From Candidatus Saccharimonadia bacterium (GTDB lineage: Bacteria; Patescibacteriota; Saccharimonadia; UBA4664), in contig JBBRSS010000004.1 in the NCBI GenBank assembly GCA_038245115.1, forward strand, positions 1,804 through 65,803: a DNA stretch of 64,000 nucleotides. The letters run 5' to 3'. A model generated the notes under the pieces. That model was given only the letters and a program-made list of their open reading frames with translations, was not told the origin of the DNA and ran no database searches. Shown here piece by piece: positions 30,860-40,831 of the stretch; position 1 is the stretch's first letter, and every line of letters starts with the position of its first letter. Position numbers and translations under genes: made by a program.

Positions 30860-32395
30860 TTACTCTTTCGTACCGAACGATTTAGCCACGGTACTCGCTG
30901 CGTTAACAATTTGCTCGATCTGTTTATCGTCGGGCTTGGTGCCTTTGTTCAGGCTCTCAATCAGCTCAGGGTGAGCCTTCATGACCTTAGCCAAAAGTTC
31001 TCGCACGGCTTCTTCGATGTTCTCGGACGCCAACCCATCGAAGGCACCTTTGCCTGCCGCCATCAGCATGATGACCTGCTCGGCCACGCTCAGCGGGGCG
31101 TATTGCTTTTGCTTCAATATTTCGGTGAGCAGACGGCCGCGCGCAATGCGTTTCTTGGTGTCGTCATCCAGATCGCTGGCAAACTGCGAGAAGGCCGCCA
31201 GTTCGCGGAACTGCGCCAACTCAATCCGTAGGCTACCCGCCACGCTCTTGGTGGACTTCAGCTGAGCGGCGCCACCTACGCGGCTTACGCTCAATCCCAC
31301 CGAAATAGCCGGGCGAATCCCCTGGTAGAACAGATTGGTTTCGAGGAAAATCTGGCCGTCGGTAATCGAGATAACGTTAGTCGGAATATAGGCGCTTACG
31401 TCGCCGGCCTGTGTCTCGATGATCGGCAGGGCGGTTAGTGATCCGGATCCCAGCTCCTCGCTGAGTTTGGCGCTGCGTTCGAGCAGTCGCGAGTGCAGGT
31501 AGAATACGTCGCCGGGGTAAGCCTCGCGACCCGGGGGGCGCCTCAGTAGCAGACTCATCTGGCGGTAGGCCACGGCGTGCTTACTAAGGTCATCGTAGAT
31601 CATCAGCGCGTGTTGCGAGTTGTCGCGGAAGTATTCGCCCATGGCGGTTCCTGCGTAGGGTGCCAGGTATAGTAGTGCGGCCGGGTCGGCGGGGGAGGTG
31701 GCTACCACAATGGTTTGCTCCATCACGCCTTCCGCCTTGAGCCGAGCCACCAACGCCGCTACCTTGGACAGTTTCTGGCCAATCGCGACGTACACGTTGA
31801 TAACGCCGGTATTTTGGCGCTTCTGGTTAATCATGGTGTCGATGGCGATGGCGGTTTTGCCGGTCTGCCGGTCGCCAATAATTAGTTCGCGCTGGCCGCG
31901 GCCGATCGGCACCATGGTGTCGATGGCGATGATGCCGGTTGCCAGCGGCTCGTGCACACCTTTGCGCTCCATCACGCCCGGCGCCATCCGCTCGATCATA
32001 CCTGTGGCCTTAGTCTTGATTGGGCCCAGCCCGTCCAACGGCCGACCTAGCGGGTCAACCACGCGGCCAACTAGCTCAGGGCCAACGGGTACTTGCAAGC
32101 TCTCGCCGGTGAGCTTAGCCTTGGCGCCAGCTCGCACGCCGGTTTCTTTGTCGAGCAATACGGCGCCCAATTCATCTTCGAACAGGTTGAGCACGAACGC
32201 CCGCGCCGGCACGTCGCCGTCGGTTTCAATCTCGATCACCTCACTAAAGCCAGCTTGGCGCAGGCCGTAGACCCACACCACGCCATCGCTCACGCGCGTC
32301 ACGACGCCGGTTTCGGCCAGTCCGTCGGTGCGCTTGAGGCCGCCAATGGCGTCTTCGAGCTCGCGGGTTATTCCTTTAATATTCAAATCATTCAT
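30860..32395 (-). CDS. atpA: F1 ATP synthase alpha subunit
   Basis: GDRQTGKT P-loop; [45 protein letters not shown]. Confidence 0.95.
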   Translation of the reverse strand: MNDLNIKGITRELEDAIGGLKRTDGLAETGVVTRVSDGVVWVYGLRQAGFSEVIEIETDGDVPARAFVLNLFEDELGAVLLDKETGVRAGAKAKLTGESLQVPVGPELVGRVVDPLGRPLDGLGPIKTKATGMIERMAPGVMERKGVHEPLATGIIAIDTMVPIGRGQRELIIGDRQTGKTAIAIDTMINQKRQNTGVINVYVAIGQKLSKVAALVARLKAEGVMEQTIVVATSPADPAALLYLAPYAGTAMGEYFRDNSQHALMIYDDLSKHAVAYRQMSLLLRRPPGREAYPGDVFYLHSRLLERSAKLSEELGSGSLTALPIIETQAGDVSAYIPTNVISITDGQIFLETNLFYQGIRPAISVGLSVSRVGGAAQLKSTKSVAGSLRIELAQFRELAAFSQFASDLDDDTKKRIARGRLLTEILKQKQYAPLSVAEQVIMLMAAGKGAFDGLASENIEEAVRELLAKVMKAHPELIESLNKGTKPDDKQIEQIVNAASTVAKSFGTKE

Positions 32396-32775
32396 CGGCT
32401 GACTCCTTGTACAAATGTTGCGAGCTTAGTTCGAACGGTAGCATCGAGGTGCGCATCGGGGGTCTCTATTTGAGCTCCGCCGATAATTGCTGGGTCCACT
32501 GCAGTATCAAGCTCCAGCTCTTTGGCACCCGTAGCTTCTCGAATAAATTTCTCAATCCGACCTTGGGTTTCGTCGGACATCGGCCGCGCGGTGGTGACCC
32601 TGGCGCTCACGTAACCGCGGGAGGCCAATACTTTGGCGACGTCCCTCGCCAAATATCCGGCCTGGCGCTGTCGCCCGGTGCTTACCAACCAGGCCGCGGC
32701 CGACTTCATCGCGCCGTTTCGGTCGGATGTGAGGGAGCTAGCCACGTGGGCAGCTACTTGTGCGCGGCTGGCCAT
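32392..32775 (-). CDS. atpH: ATP synthase delta (OSCP) subunit, short 127-aa form
   Basis: [26 protein letters not shown] is the OSCP C-terminal block. 4-nt overlap with atpA. Confidence 0.7.
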   Translation of the reverse strand: MASRAQVAAHVASSLTSDRNGAMKSAAAWLVSTGRQRQAGYLARDVAKVLASRGYVSARVTTARPMSDETQGRIEKFIREATGAKELELDTAVDPAIIGGAQIETPDAHLDATVRTKLATFVQGVSR

Positions 32776-33302
32776 TATTTCTTAATCTCCAGGCTGCGGT
32801 CAATCAGCTCGGCATCATGCTTGCTGTCGAGCTTTTCGCCCAGTACCGTCTCGGCCGCCGCCGCCACGATCCGGGCTGTCTCCACGCGCAACGTCTTGCG
32901 AGCGTCCGACACGTCGTGCGCCAGCTGCTCGCGAGCCTCGTTGATGGTCCGTGCCGCCTGAGCTTCGGTCTTAGCCCGCGCTTCGTCCAGCTGCGTCGCC
33001 GCCGCCTCTTTGGACGCTGCCAAAATTTCACCGGCCGCTGCCCGTGCTTCGGCAACTACCGCCTCGGCTTTGTTGCCTGCCTGCTCGAGCGCCTCTTTGG
33101 CTTCTCTTTCTAGGCGCACCGCTGCCTCTAGCTCGTCTTTCTTGGCGTCGAGCGCCTTGATGAGCGAAGGGTAGACGTATTTACCCAACACGGCCACAAT
33201 CACCAGAAACGCCAGCGTGTTGAGCACAAGCGATTGCAGGTTGAGGCCGAGGGCCGTAAATAACCCCCCGATACCGCCACTTTCTGCTAGTAATAACGTC
33301 AT
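32775..33302 (-). CDS. atpF: Fo ATP synthase b subunit
   Basis: Single N-terminal TM followed by a long Ala/Glu/Lys/Arg helix. Confidence 0.8.
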   Translation of the reverse strand: MTLLLAESGGIGGLFTALGLNLQSLVLNTLAFLVIVAVLGKYVYPSLIKALDAKKDELEAAVRLEREAKEALEQAGNKAEAVVAEARAAAGEILAASKEAAATQLDEARAKTEAQAARTINEAREQLAHDVSDARKTLRVETARIVAAAAETVLGEKLDSKHDAELIDRSLEIKK

Positions 33303-33309
33303 AGTTAAA

Positions 33310-33525
33310 TTACTTGAGGAACTTAATGATCAGCGCGACCACCAGGCCGATGATGGCCAAGGCGTCCACGAAACCCATGGCGAGAATCATCATGGTACGA
33401 ATCTTGCCGATGGCGTCGGGGTTACGGCCGACTGCGCCGACGGCAGCAGCGCCTACGAGCCCGAGGCCTACGGCGGCCAAGCCGCCAGCGATTGAATATG
33501 TTAGTCCGAATGCGAGGGAATCCAT
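33310..33525 (-). CDS. atpE: Fo ATP synthase c subunit (ion-binding carboxylate is Asp)
   Basis: 71-aa hairpin with GRNPD loop and ..FVDALAIIGLVVAL... Confidence 0.85.
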   Translation of the reverse strand: MDSLAFGLTYSIAGGLAAVGLGLVGAAAVGAVGRNPDAIGKIRTMMILAMGFVDALAIIGLVVALIIKFLK

Positions 33526-33594
33526 TGAGGAATGTTCCTTTATTTATTATGTACTTTGATGAAATATATCTTGACTGTTAAGAATATAAGCTCA

Positions 33595-34401
33595 TTACAC
33601 AGCTACTTCTCCAGCGAGCTTTAGGGGTTCGTCAGAAGAAGCAGTTTCATGATGGCTAGCGGTGCCAAGGGATACGAATACGACCGTGAGCATAAAGAAT
33701 ACGTAGGCCTGAATCGCGCCCACGAACAGCTCCAGGAACATGAACGGGGGCAGGGCGATGGGCGCCGCCCAAACCGTGATGAAACCCATCACCGCCAACA
33801 GCACTTCGCCGCCGAAGATATTTCCGAACAACCGCATGGCCAGTGCTATTAAACGCGAAAATTCAGCGATAATCTCTAAGAACCCGGTAAATACGCCCAC
33901 TGGGTCTTTTAGCGGATTCACGAAATAGCGACCGAGGTTGCCAAAAAAGCCATGAGTTCTAATGGCCCAAATCTGCGCCGTCACCATGGTAATAATTGCC
34001 AGTGCCGCCGTAAAGTTCAGATCGGCCGCCAACCCCCGGAACAGCGGCATGCCGTTATAGGTAATCGGGCCCACAAACGGCAGTAGCTCTAGCCAGTTGT
34101 TGATCAAAATTATGAAAAACAAGCTAATCGCCAGCGGCGCCAATTTAACGGCCATCTTGCGGCTACCCAGTACTTCCTCGGCTGTCCCGAGTAGGATATC
34201 AAACATCCACAACATGGCAATTGAAATCCGAGTATGTTTGTTGCCTTGGATCTTCGACTTCGTGTACCAAAACAGCCAGAACGTTATCGCCACGCCGATA
34301 AACCCGAGCATCATCGAGTTCGTAAAGTGGATCGGGCCCACATCAAACAGTCGTTCGGCCGGCAGGCTTACAACCGGTACTTCGCCAAGCATTAAGTTCA
34401 T
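33595..34401 (-). CDS. atpB: Fo ATP synthase a subunit
   Basis: Conserved Arg in MRLFGNIFGGEVL. Start taken at the internal Met, giving an ATGA overlap with the upstream ORF. Confidence 0.85.
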   Translation of the reverse strand: MNLMLGEVPVVSLPAERLFDVGPIHFTNSMMLGFIGVAITFWLFWYTKSKIQGNKHTRISIAMLWMFDILLGTAEEVLGSRKMAVKLAPLAISLFFIILINNWLELLPFVGPITYNGMPLFRGLAADLNFTAALAIITMVTAQIWAIRTHGFFGNLGRYFVNPLKDPVGVFTGFLEIIAEFSRLIALAMRLFGNIFGGEVLLAVMGFITVWAAPIALPPFMFLELFVGAIQAYVFFMLTVVFVSLGTASHHETASSDEPLKLAGEVAV

Positions 34402-34646
34402 TGGGCCCTCCGCAGCTGTGCTCGTACCAACAAAATAGAGCAACCCAAGCCCACTATCGTTGCTGCCGCCGTCACCCAGGGCTTGGTGCCCCAGTGCAGG
34501 TCAATCCAGAGTCCGCCTGCTACAAAAAGTGCCGGGGGAGTGAACATGCGCCAGGTTGTATCTGCCATGGAGGCGAGTAACACAAACGTCGAGGCCCCAT
34601 CCTGGGGCGCATCGCTAGCTTGCTTTTTGTCGGAATTACTCGTCAT
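34398..34646 (-). CDS. AtpZ/AtpI-like small membrane protein, first gene of the ATP synthase operon
   Basis: 82 aa, two TM, translationally coupled to atpB. Confidence 0.4.
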   Translation of the reverse strand: MTSNSDKKQASDAPQDGASTFVLLASMADTTWRMFTPPALFVAGGLWIDLHWGTKPWVTAAATIVGLGCSILLVRAQLRRAQ

Positions 34647-34746
34647 TTCGCAAGAACCTTATCAGATTTGCCCTGCGTACGCAACGCTCCTGACGCGTGA
34701 AGCATCTTCGGCGTACCTCGTACGCCCGTCGCGGGTTGTTTGCTGC

Positions 34747-34778
34747 CCAAAAAGAAAAGCGACCACAATTGTGGTCGC
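34747..34778 (-). terminator. Rho-independent terminator on the minus strand (perfect 20-nt palindrome GCGACCACAATTGTGGTCGC followed by TTTTCTTTTT)
   Basis: Read directly from the sequence. Lies downstream of the 34925..35149 ORF and upstream of the atp operon. Confidence 0.65.
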
Positions 34779-34924
34779 CCTGCGCATAGACCCGGCAGGG
34801 GGAGGTAAAACAAACTGCAAATTCAGCCAAGCGTACCGCGCTGCTGCATGCATATTCAGCACTAATTCAGGTAGTTCATCGTTCTACATCTGTGGCTGGT
34901 GTTTCGAAGGCTTCGACTTACTGG

Positions 34925-35149
34925 TTAGTAGCCCCAATCGTCGTTCATTATCCGATGCATATAGACCTGACCGGTCTTCGGGTTGAAAACTGCGGTTAAG
35001 TGTGTCGCATAGGCATGGCTACCGCCAAAGTCTGAGTCGTAACCGACTATGTTCTCGCCAGTAACGCAGAGGTTTCCTTTTTTGGAATACCGGCTGGTGG
35101 TCCAGCGCGTAATGCCGCACTGCGACATCAATTCCTGAATCGTTATCAT
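34925..35149 (-). CDS. Hypothetical 74-aa protein, no signal peptide
   Basis: AGGAG lies 7 nt upstream of the internal ATG (MITIQEL...). No recognised motif. Confidence 0.4.
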   Translation of the reverse strand: MITIQELMSQCGITRWTTSRYSKKGNLCVTGENIVGYDSDFGGSHAYATHLTAVFNPKTGQVYMHRIMNDDWGY

Positions 35150-35275
35150 GCTGGCTCCTAAGAGGAGACAAGTGCGTCTGGGCTTTCCAGATGCGAACAA
35201 TAATAGCATAAGCATAAAGAAAAGTCAAGGGTTGAATCTATGTTGGACGCTAATCCGTAGTAAACTACTAATGCT

Positions 35276-35857
35276 ATGACTGGCCGAACCCACGACACCG
35301 CCGCCCTCACCGCCCTCGGAATTACCGTCGCCCTGGTAGGAATCCCGAGCGTCACCCTTGCCACTGCCCTCGTGGCAATTTTGGCTAACCAAATCGGCGG
35401 CATCGCCCCCGACATCGATCAACCCACCGCCCCTTTCTGGCGCAACCTGCCCATCGGCGGCTTCTTCGGCCGCTTCACCGACAAGCTCCTGGGCGGCCAC
35501 CGCTTCCTCACGCACTCTCTCGTCGGTGTCGCCCTCCTAGCCTGGCTGGCCAACTGGTTGCTCATCTTTCTCCAGCCCATCATGCCCCACGTCAACATTC
35601 ATCTGGTTTGGTGGGCGTTTGTTATCGGTCTCATTTCTCACCTAATCATGGACAGCTTCACCAAAGAGGGCGTCCCGTGGCTGCTGCCCATCCCGGTTAA
35701 GCTCGGTATCCCGCCCATCAAAGCCCTGCGCGTCACCACCGGCAAAGTCCTCGAAAACTTTGTCATCTTTCCAGGGCTAATTCTCGTTAATATCGCCCTC
35801 TGTGCCTTTTATTACCCCGAAATCGTCAACTTTATCCACACCCGCCTCGGCGGCTGA
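35276..35857 (+). CDS. Membrane-bound metal-dependent hydrolase (YdjM/DUF457 family)
   Basis: Four TM with conserved His/Asp (THSL.G, SHLIMDSFTKEGVPW). Confidence 0.6.
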   Translation: MTGRTHDTAALTALGITVALVGIPSVTLATALVAILANQIGGIAPDIDQPTAPFWRNLPIGGFFGRFTDKLLGGHRFLTHSLVGVALLAWLANWLLIFLQPIMPHVNIHLVWWAFVIGLISHLIMDSFTKEGVPWLLPIPVKLGIPPIKALRVTTGKVLENFVIFPGLILVNIALCAFYYPEIVNFIHTRLGG

Positions 35858-35861
35858 ACGC

Positions 35862-35885
35862 AGAAAAACCCCAGAGCCAGGGGTT
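35862..35885. terminator. Hairpin AACCCC-agagcca-GGGGTT with an A-run on the plus strand and a T-run on the minus strand
   Basis: On the minus strand the hairpin is followed by TTTTTCTG. Probably terminates the 35953..36348 gene. Confidence 0.45.
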
Positions 35886-35952
35886 CCTGGTTGGGGTCGG
35901 TGGCGGCGGTGGCCGCACTCAGGTTCGAATGCAGCCACCGTGCCGGGTGATC

Positions 35953-36348
35953 TCACGCCTCTGTGGGCCTGGGGTTCTTCTTGTGCCGCTTGCGCTTGGG
36001 TTTGTAAGCTGGCGGTACAACAACTGGCCTAACATCACCCAAATAGTCCTTAGGTAGGATCCCCCAGGTATTGGCGCGAAGTTTGCCGGTATCAGTCTGT
36101 GCCACTACCATCGCAATCACGGTTTCATTGATAGTGATGCGGCGCATCTGGTCTTTTGGACTGTCCCCTAGGACGTATACGTCGTCGACAAGAGCGACCT
36201 CTACTTGGCCGTCCATGCGAAAGGAAATCTTGAATGCCATCCTTCCCAGTTCCGCGATGGCTATACCATGGCCTTCCCTCCCGTCGTAGAAAACGACGGT
36301 TCCAATCGTTGGTACAGGTGTAGCTGGCGGCACGGTGACATCGGTCAT
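35953..36348 (-). CDS. Hypothetical protein with a basic C-terminal tail (KPKRKRHKKNPRP)
   Basis: Start taken at the internal MTDVT, giving 131 aa. No recognised motif. Confidence 0.4.
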   Translation of the reverse strand: MTDVTVPPATPVPTIGTVVFYDGREGHGIAIAELGRMAFKISFRMDGQVEVALVDDVYVLGDSPKDQMRRITINETVIAMVVAQTDTGKLRANTWGILPKDYLGDVRPVVVPPAYKPKRKRHKKNPRPTEA

Positions 36349-36624
36349 GCCAAACCTTCCATCGAGTAGTGATCCGACATAACAACACAATTACATCATA
36401 AATATTGGTTAATTACAAATTACGTATCTGTAAGCTTGCTCCAAATGCAGTTTGGCGGCACGATGACTGCGCTCATACCTTCCTTTCGGGTCGGGGTGGG
36501 GTATGAGCAAGCGTTGCATCATATATGGCCATAAATTGTCATATTATATTGCACAAAAAGACCGTTGCATGGCTGAAGCGATTATGCGATTATGCCTCCC
36601 TATATGAACAAAGGAGTCCATGTC

Positions 36625-37038
36625 ATGAGTGAGACAACGTTAAATCCTTACCTCAATTTTAACGGCAACACCAGAGAAGCCATGGAGTTCTATCACCATG
36701 TCCTTGGCGGTGAATTGAAGCTTCAAACCTTTAGTGAAGTGCCCGATATGGACGTGCCAGCAGGGTATGAAGACAAAATAATGCATTCTCAGCTGGAAAG
36801 CGACGCCATCAACATTATGGCAACCGAAGCTCAGCCCGGTACGGTAGTGAAGTTTGGTGACAACGTGAGCCTCAGCCTCGTGGGTACAGACACCGACAAG
36901 CTCACCGAAATTTTTAATGCTCTATCCGAAGAAGGCGAAATTACTATGCCGCTGGAAAAGCAATTTTGGGGCGACGTCTTCGGTGCATTTAAGGACAAAT
37001 TTGGTATCAACTGGATGGTCAACATTTCCGCAGAGTAG
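36625..37038 (+). CDS. VOC-family protein (PhnB/YjdN-like glyoxalase fold)
   Basis: GGAG lies about 10 nt upstream of the ATG (MSETT). NPYLNFNGNTREAMEFYHHVLGGE is typical of PhnB-like VOC proteins. Confidence 0.6.
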   Translation: MSETTLNPYLNFNGNTREAMEFYHHVLGGELKLQTFSEVPDMDVPAGYEDKIMHSQLESDAINIMATEAQPGTVVKFGDNVSLSLVGTDTDKLTEIFNALSEEGEITMPLEKQFWGDVFGAFKDKFGINWMVNISAE

Positions 37039-37081
37039 GACATTTTACCAGCGCGCCGCCGCACGTGATATCGTTACAACT

Positions 37082-37747
37082 ATGAACATGACTTTTATTA
37101 CTACCACCACGCCTGATGCGGCAGGTGAGTATCTGGCCGATGTCATTGCGACCCAGTTGGCCGCCTCACGTACGGTACTCTGGCTAGTGTCGGGCGGTTC
37201 GGCCGTGGCCGTGGCCGTGGCTGCATCTCATCACCTGGCCGGCCACGACCTCAGCCGACTTACAGTTAGCCTCATTGATGAGCGCTACGGCCCGGTCGGC
37301 CATCCCGATTCGAATTGGAGCAAACTCCAAAATGCCGGGTTTGAACTCGACGGCGCAACTCGCCACCCCGTCTTGGCCGACGCTCCCCAGGCCGATACCG
37401 CCGAAGCCTTCGATGAATTCCTTCAGGCCCAGTTTGCCCGCACCGATTATCATGTGGGCTTACTTGGGATCGGCTCAGATGGCCACACCTCCGGAATCCT
37501 CCCGCACAGCCCCGCTCTCACCGCACCGGGCCTGGTGGCCTCGTATGACGGCGGAGGGTACCAACGCATTACTACCACCCCCCGCGCCATCGCACACCTT
37601 TCCGAAGCCGTCGTGTACGCCGTCGGACAAGATAAATGGCTGGTATTAGACGCCCTCGAAACCGATCTGTCTGCCGCCATTCAGCCCGCCCAGGTACTGA
37701 AAAGCGTCTCCAAGCTCACCATCTTCACCGATCGCCCGCAATCCTAA
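37082..37747 (+). CDS. pgl: 6-phosphogluconolactonase-like (NagB/RpiA/CoA-transferase-fold) protein
   Basis: GLLGIGSDGHTSGILP matches the Pgl/NagB block LLG.G.DGHTAS.FP. 221 aa. Confidence 0.6.
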   Translation: MNMTFITTTTPDAAGEYLADVIATQLAASRTVLWLVSGGSAVAVAVAASHHLAGHDLSRLTVSLIDERYGPVGHPDSNWSKLQNAGFELDGATRHPVLADAPQADTAEAFDEFLQAQFARTDYHVGLLGIGSDGHTSGILPHSPALTAPGLVASYDGGGYQRITTTPRAIAHLSEAVVYAVGQDKWLVLDALETDLSAAIQPAQVLKSVSKLTIFTDRPQS

Positions 37748-37907
37748 AATTCAAGAATAATTGCTCCTTAAACGGGAAAAACCACCTCCTAGTGGCCCGG
37801 TTCGTCTGTGGTACAGACAAACAAGTAGGGGGTGGGTTTGGTTGATCTCTTGGCAGCCTAGGCTACAAGAGGTCGGATGGGCGCGACAGCCCGGGTATTG
37901 TGAAGGC

Positions 37908-38579
37908 TTACGCCGCTATCGGCTCGGTGTACTCAGTCGTGAAGGTCTTGGGCAACCCGAAGGGCGAGAGGCCGATGTTGGTGACGAAGCACCTAACGCT
38001 GATGGGCTGAGCCGGGAATTCCTTCTTCCACCCATCGAGTACGACCTGTCGTGCATCGTGCAAAAGACGGAAAAGACCTGTTTCGGACGTCGCGTCATAG
38101 TTTGACAGCTCGCCGCCGAGAGCGGTTGCGATCTCTAGCATTCCGCACCCAAGGTGAACAAACAGGTTGACCTCTTCGAGGGGGTATCCCCGGTTCAGGC
38201 CAACGCGGTTGGCCAGGATGATCTGCCCAAGGACATAGTCCCTGTAGCCCTCCAGAAGTAGGGCAGCTGCGCCGCCGGCCAGCCTGCAGCTGAAGTCGTG
38301 AGTGAACGTCAGCTCTTTGAAGCTGTTCAGCCTCATCAGACGCCGCGCGTGATCGAGATTCAGGCGGCCATCGAAGCAGCCCATCCAGAAAGCTCGCTCG
38401 GAGTGAGGGCAGTGGTGGCGGTTCGAGTGGTTAGCCGAAACAATCCTTGCAGCCCGTGCAAGTACGGCCGCCGACGGAATGCCGGCAGCAAGAAGGAGGC
38501 CTTTGCGGGTCGAGAGGGGCACGTTAATCTCCTGTCGTAGTGATGACGTACGGACTGAAGTATGTGGGTGGTACAGCAT
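37908..38579 (-). CDS. Hypothetical protein
   Basis: ORF of 223 aa with no recognised motif. The flanking sequence is AT-rich and non-coding. Confidence 0.35.
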   Translation of the reverse strand: MLYHPHTSVRTSSLRQEINVPLSTRKGLLLAAGIPSAAVLARAARIVSANHSNRHHCPHSERAFWMGCFDGRLNLDHARRLMRLNSFKELTFTHDFSCRLAGGAAALLLEGYRDYVLGQIILANRVGLNRGYPLEEVNLFVHLGCGMLEIATALGGELSNYDATSETGLFRLLHDARQVVLDGWKKEFPAQPISVRCFVTNIGLSPFGLPKTFTTEYTEPIAA

Positions 38580-38738
38580 TGATGTTGAAAAATGCCTCAG
38601 TGAGCATAGCAGAAAATCCTTGCCATGTCGAGAAGATTATGGTCTAGTACTGATAAAAGCATCCTTAATACACCAAATCAAAGGGTTTTTGACTTGGAAT
38701 GGCTATTAGTCAGATGTGCAAAACAATCCAGAAAGAAA

Positions 38739-39326
38739 TTAGCGTGAAACCGCCATCGCCTCTTCGAACATACCGGCCGGTGCATTCTGGCGCCAGCTGT
38801 CATCCTCAAATTCAACCCGGCTCGTAACATCGGCCAGATCCATCATCTCGGTGACCGCTTTGTGCTCGCCGAACCTGGTCCAGGTTACGTACAGCCGCAT
38901 GGGGTGGCCGGTTTGGATTGCCACGTTGTCAATAAATCGTTGGGCGTGGGTTTTTACTAGCTTGGCTTGGGCCTCAAACTGGTCACCGGTGTGCTCCGGG
39001 TGTGCTCCGGAAAATCCGGCACAGTCCGAGTGGACGTCGGCAACGATGCACCAGTCGCTGGGGCCGATTACATTCGGGTTCAATGCCAAGAGGGCACCCA
39101 TGCGCGAAGGCTGGGCAATAATCTCGACCGGCCCTTCAACGCGTACAACGTGCGGGTCGATGTCTTGGTGGTTCGCCGGGTGGTCCCGTACGAAACTGAC
39201 GAGGCCATGGACTCGGCTTTCCTCTGACTCCTCTTGGCCCTTCGATCGGTCCCTGGCAAATTCTTTCGTGTATGCCCAGTCTGAGCAACACAAAACCACA
39301 AAACCACTATGCTTACGGTGCGCCAT
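38739..39326 (-). CDS. Small cytoplasmic molybdopterin-binding oxidoreductase of the sulfite-oxidase/MsrP fold
   Basis: SFVRDH (the FVRNH motif), a Mo-ligand Cys in DVHSDCAGFSG, no signal or TAT peptide. 195 aa. Confidence 0.5.
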   Translation of the reverse strand: MAHRKHSGFVVLCCSDWAYTKEFARDRSKGQEESEESRVHGLVSFVRDHPANHQDIDPHVVRVEGPVEIIAQPSRMGALLALNPNVIGPSDWCIVADVHSDCAGFSGAHPEHTGDQFEAQAKLVKTHAQRFIDNVAIQTGHPMRLYVTWTRFGEHKAVTEMMDLADVTSRVEFEDDSWRQNAPAGMFEEAMAVSR

Positions 39327-39591
39327 GAAATCTCCTTGAACGATTAGTGAGTAAATATTTCATTTAAGAAACAATATAAGAGATACTGGCACACTCCATA
39401 TGCGTTGTCGAGTAGATAATTAAAGTCGCCTATTACGCTTGCGCTATTGACTCTGCAAACCGCTAATGCTACAAACAGAACTAGATAGTTGAGGTGGAGT
39501 CACGATAAAAATTCAAAAGGGCGAGTTTGAACCTTTTGGACTGAGTACTGCAGGTATCAAATAGTCGGGACTTCTAGATACTATCTTGAAA

Positions 39592-39617
39592 CGGGTCGGG
39601 TGCGGCCCGTTTTTTTT
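39592..39617 (+). terminator. Rho-independent terminator: CGGGTCG-GGTG-CGGCCCG followed by T8
   Basis: 7-bp GC stem with a tetraloop and eight consecutive T on the plus strand. Both flanking genes are on the minus strand. Confidence 0.6.
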
Positions 39618-39643
39618 GTTTATTTGTTTCGTCCGCTCCGGTG

Positions 39644-40765
39644 CTATCTCGTGTCGATTCCGACTGCTTCGCTGACACTGTTAAAATAATCACGCTTTAG
39701 TAGCTTCACTAGGCCCAAATTTATCTCAGAAATAGATTGTGGACCCTGATATATCATCCCAGTAATAAGCTGAATCAAGCTCGCGCCCAAGCGAATTTTC
39801 CGATAAGCATCTTCGGCAGTAAATACGCCGCCGCAGCCCATAACTAAATGTGTCCGCCCTACGCGTGAGTACACCCGCCTAATTTGTTCGTCGGACATTT
39901 CCTGCTGCACTTTGCCGCTCAGCCCGCCGGTGGGCGGCACATCCGCATCGAGAATATGCGGGTTGTCGCGTGGCTTGGTCAGATTTGAGCATATAAACCC
40001 CTCAATATTGTGGGCTAGAGTCACTTCCAGTAGATGATCCAACTCGATTTCACTCAAATCGGGCGAGAATTTAATAAAAACCGGCTTGGTGTGCTTCTGG
40101 CGGTCGACCGCACTAAGGAGTTTTTCCAACCGCGACGGGTTCGTAAACGGCTGGCCGCCAAAAGTGTTGGGGCAGGAAATATTGATGGTTACATAGGCGC
40201 CCACGCCCATAGTCGCCCGGTAGGCTTTCACGTAGTCGGCCACGCCTGCATCCTCATCCACCGTTGTCTCGGAGTTCGTTTTGGCTACACTAATGCCCAC
40301 GGGAACCGCGAACTTACGCCCTTGAAGTCGCTTGGCTATTGCCTCCGCTCCGTCGTTCATGAGCCCGTAATTCACTACCAGCGATTGGCTTTTTGGCAGC
40401 CGCCATAGTCTGGGCTTGGGGTTGCCGGCGCAGGGCTCGCCCGTAACCGAGCCGATTTCCATAAAACCGAATCCCACAGTAGGGATAAAATCCACTAGGC
40501 GGGCATTTTTGTCGAATCCGGCCGACAGCCCGATGGGGTTCACAAATTTAATCCCCAGAATTGTCTGCTCCAGCATTGGGTGTCGGTACCCGAATGCAGC
40601 CCGAGTTAGGCCCCGTCCCAGACCGTTGCGCCCGATTGCCTCGCCAATTTTAGAGATATTATCATGTACAACTTCCGGATCTTGGCGAAAAAATGCCGGC
40701 TTTAATGCGTGCGTATAGACCGCCGCCTCGAGTTTGTTGCGGGTTAAAATCAAAGTATCTTTCAT
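39644..40765 (-). CDS. pyrD: Dihydroorotate dehydrogenase (quinone), class 2
   Basis: GLSAGFDKN and GFGFMEIGSVT blocks, an N-terminal membrane-association helix. Start taken at MKDTL. Confidence 0.85.
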   Translation of the reverse strand: MKDTLILTRNKLEAAVYTHALKPAFFRQDPEVVHDNISKIGEAIGRNGLGRGLTRAAFGYRHPMLEQTILGIKFVNPIGLSAGFDKNARLVDFIPTVGFGFMEIGSVTGEPCAGNPKPRLWRLPKSQSLVVNYGLMNDGAEAIAKRLQGRKFAVPVGISVAKTNSETTVDEDAGVADYVKAYRATMGVGAYVTINISCPNTFGGQPFTNPSRLEKLLSAVDRQKHTKPVFIKFSPDLSEIELDHLLEVTLAHNIEGFICSNLTKPRDNPHILDADVPPTGGLSGKVQQEMSDEQIRRVYSRVGRTHLVMGCGGVFTAEDAYRKIRLGASLIQLITGMIYQGPQSISEINLGLVKLLKRDYFNSVSEAVGIDTR

Positions 40766-40831
40766 GCATCTAGTGTATACCCGCTGATATGAGTGCGGCT
40801 TCGGTCCAATATATTTGCTACAGTAGATAAC

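Noticed and set aside
31698-32473. Long plus-strand ORFs (190 and 126 aa) antisense to atpA
   Set aside because: Inside the highly conserved atpA coding region; low-complexity Ser/Pro/Ala/Arg translations.
35895-35925. GGTTCGAAT tRNA T-loop-like string
   Set aside because: No flanking 5-bp T-stem, acceptor stem or anticodon arm can be folded on either strand; I judge it a chance match.
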